A stretch of DNA of 64,000 nt from Aplysia californica (lineage: Eukaryota). The notes under the pieces are model-generated. The model was not told the origin of the DNA, did not search any database, and was given only the letters and a program-made list of their open reading frames with translations. Positions 60,762 to 64,000 of this stretch are shown piece by piece. The position numbers and the translations under genes were made by a program. The DNA lies in NCBI RefSeq assembly GCF_000002075.1, contig NW_004798290.1:4906-68905 (forward strand). Reading direction: 5' to 3'. Position 1 is the stretch's first letter; each line of letters opens with the position of its first letter.

Positions 60762-62195
60762 AGTAAGTAAGTTTATTCAGTGTTTAAGGCCATTGGCCCA
60801 CATCACATCGCACAAAACATTCATTTGATAAATAATGTTTCCATAATGAATAGGTAACGGTTGTGCACATATCTCTTATCATGAGTTAAACATTGCAAAT
60901 TTCAGTCCCTGGGCTGAGTCAGGCTGAGAGGAATTAACAATTTCCTTTGATGGACAAAGTGTGAACAATAGAAAATAAAATAACGTTCATCTTCAATTTC
61001 ATGAGAGTTACACCTCTCACATAATGGCGAATTAGTTAATTTCCACCGATAGAGATTGTTATTTAATGGAAGGCTTACTAAATGTTCTTGGTAAATTATT
61101 CTCATTCATATTGAATAGGAGACTGCAACAATGGTGTGATGAAGGTAACCTCATTCCTGAATCTCAGGCCAGTTTTAGACGAAATTACTCCACAATAGAT
61201 CATATATTTTCACTCCAGTCTTTAGTCCAAAAATATATCTTCAAGCCTGGCGGAAGGTTCTATGTTTGTTTTGTCGACTTTTTAAAAAGCATTTGACTGG
61301 GTTGACAAAGAAAAGCTTTGGACAGTATTGAGAAGTCTTGGCTGTTCTGGACCAGTGTATACCATTCTGAAAAATATGTATCGAAGTGTTCTTTCATGTG
61401 TTAAAGTCTGTTCAAATGAACGAGGATCCATGAGATCTTATATTACTGAATACTTCCAATGTACATCAGGTGTCAAACAAGGATGCATACTTAGCCCTAC
61501 ATTATTTTCTTGGTTTATATCTCAATTTGAAAAACACCTTTCAGATTCAAATACCATGCTATACAGGTATTGCCCAATGATGATGATGGTATTTCATGTT
61601 TAATGTACGCTGATGACCTTAATCTTTTTGACGACAATGTCAGAGGTTTACAAAAGAAAATCAATGTGTTACATGATGTCTGCCAGATGTGGGGTTTAAA
61701 AGTGAATACAGAGAAAAGTAAGATTGTTGTTTTTAGAAATGGAGGCTATCTCAAAAGATCTGAGAGATGGTATTAGGAAGATAAGATCTTAGAGACAGCA
61801 ACCTACTATAGTTACTTGGGCATTTCATTGTCATCGCGTCTATGCTGGAGACGAAGGCTGGAAGGTCGAGCTTGTAAAGCTCAATGGACTATTTCTCCAA
61901 CAAGAAGGCTGTTCGGTTCTTACCAATAATTAAATTTCGAAACAGCAAACAAAAAAACATTTTTGATATAAAGATTAAACCAATGCTGCTTTATGGCTCT
62001 GAAATTTGGGGTACCAAAACTTGGAACGTGATTGATAATGTTCAGGTAAAGTTCTGGAAAGCCTTTTTGGATCTTGGCAAAACTACACCCAAATGTTTAG
62101 TTCTAAGAGAAGTGGGAAGAATCAACTTATGTTCTGATTACATGCATTGTGTCATTAAATTCTGGTGCAGATGTAAGCGAATGCAGTCGTCGTGA
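60762..62195. mobile_element. RTE-X-like LINE: 3' end on minus (60762-61075) joined head-to-head to RT body on plus (61075-62195)
   Basis: ESQASFR..YSTIDHIF, GVKQGCILSP, LMYADDL, PMLLYGSEIWG on +; CERCN..EIEDE.YFIFYC and (ttac)n tail on -. Confidence 0.8.
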
Positions 62196-64000
62196 GTGAA
62201 GGCACGCAGACATCTGTGAGGAATGAGAAAAAAAGAGTACAGAATAGTAACAAATAATAATAAATAGCATCTGTATAGTGCATATCCCTACTAGAAAGCA
62301 AGCTTTATGCGCTTTACACTATATTATTACCCCAGCAGACCATAGAACACTCAGAAACATTTTCAGCTTCCCGGGAAGCATACTGTGCAAGTAGCTGGTT
62401 AGTTCAAACACTAACAGACTGACAGAGGAAACAATGCAGCGACTGTTCAGCGCACGTGACGACTTGGAAGAATCAACAACGCAAAGTTGTGAGTGAGAAC
62501 CAGAGAGGGTTGGTGAGAACCTAGATCTAGTTATTCAGAGGTCACGACTGCAAACACCACAATGTTCTGACTTAGAACGTGACTAGTCCTGTCTGTCGAC
62601 CCTGAGCCCCACACATTCCTCCACTCTCTCCGCGAGCTATGCAGGGGTCCCAGAGAAAAACAATTTTCTTGTGTGATCTTTGGGAAGGTCAAAAGGTCAA
62701 GTGTCTGTTTTTTTTTCTCTCGACTAAGTCAATAAACAGAGAGCAAAGTACACAGATGGCAGATAGCCGGAAACATCCCAGTCCCGAGAGATGCTGGAGT
62801 TAAGACGTGAGGTATATCGTCGGTGTCAGAGTCTAAGCGTGTATCTGCCACTTTAAGTTAGGCACTTTTTGTATCACATGAAATCATTCCCAACCGTCAG
62901 GGCAGCTTTACTGGTCTTACTCGAATAATGCGTTTGTTTTTGAAAACAATAAAACTAAAAACACTCTACACATAATTTTGAACACGTCTGATAGTTGATA
63001 ACAAATTACATTTTCCTTTCCATTTTTAAAATAAAAAATGAGTGTTCCTTGACATACACGGTTAAGGTCGGACATCAACAAAGTGGATCTTTCCCCCGGC
63101 CGCCAAGAACGACAAACACTTGGGGCTGAGGGAACACTACTTATGCGGTACCTACAAAGTGGGCTGATTGTGAACGCAAGCTGCTGCACAGATGACCTAC
63201 TTCCCAGTCCCATTTCAGGGGGAGGAGGTGGGGAGTCAGGGAGTGGGGCGGGGGTGGGAAGTCAGGGAGTGGGCAGGAAGTCGGGGAGTGGGAGGAGAGG
63301 GGGGTCGGGGAGTGGGTGGGAGTAAAGGGGAGTCGGGGAGTTGGGAGTAGGTGGGGATGAGGGGGGGGGGGGAGGTCAGGGAGTGGGGTAGGGAGAGGAG
63401 AGGGGGGTCGGGGAGTTGGGAGTGNNNNNNNNNNNNNNNNNNNNNNNNNNNNNNNNNNNNNNNNNNNNNNNNNNNNNNNNNNNNNNNNNNNNNNNNNNNN
63501 NNNNNNNNNNNNNNNNNNNNNNNNNNNNNNNNNNNNNNNNNNNNNNNNNNNNNNNNNNNNNNNNNNNNNNNNNNNNNNNNNNNNNNNNNNNNNNNNNNNN
63601 NNNNNNNNNNNNNNNNNNNNNNNNNNNNNNNNNNNNNNNNNNNNNNNNNNNNNNNNNNNNNNNNGTCGCCGTCACATTCATAGTTGTCTTCTCCCTCTTC
63701 TCAACAATCTGTACCCCCTCCCCTCCCCCCAAGACTTGTTGTCCGTGTTTTTGTGGAACTGTTTATCTGGGAGATTCCTTCTCTGATGCATTGACGAGAA
63801 AACCGTCAGATGTTGTTTTAGTCAAGGTTTTGTTTTGAGCCCGTAAACTTTGACTGCTGCACGCGTTTATTTTGTGCCGGGTGCTAAGTGTGTGACCCTG
63901 GTGAAGGTTTCACGGTCGCCGGACGACAAGGCCAACAACTCTACACCTCCAGACACAGACAGTGGCGGGGCGTAGTAAAGGGCTAAAGGGCTTGAGTCCC

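Overview
Gap-rich, repeat-dense eukaryotic (animal) genomic DNA. The SINE/LINE repertoire and TAGATCTAGA clusters suggest a gastropod mollusc, which is inference only. The only host genes I can support form a cluster of microsomal clan-2-like cytochrome P450s with intronless coding regions: complete copies at 231-1751 (-), 36088-37605 (+) and 43548-45080 (-); two gap-flanked halves (49509-49926 and 41248-42388, both -) that overlap by 26 bp and join into a fourth complete 510-aa gene; and a 5'-truncated copy at 54996-55463 (+). All four copies that include the I-helix have an atypical one (AAY[A/I]TT, lacking the conserved Gly and the Asp/Glu of the acid-alcohol pair). Each visible start codon has a splice acceptor 13-16 nt upstream. 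Differences between paralogs concentrate in substrate-recognition regions, and there is an apparent ~200-bp gene-conversion tract over SRS5. The rest is decayed mobile DNA: RTE, RTE-X, Rex1/Babar and I-clade LINEs; tRNA-derived modular SINEs; a ~435-bp TGT..ACA TIR element family; Kolobok-, hAT- and Tc1-like remnants; and three piggyBac-like MITEs whose TTAA plus left terminus is tandemly amplified as a 67-bp unit. Repeat boundaries are approximate, and identities were counted by hand.
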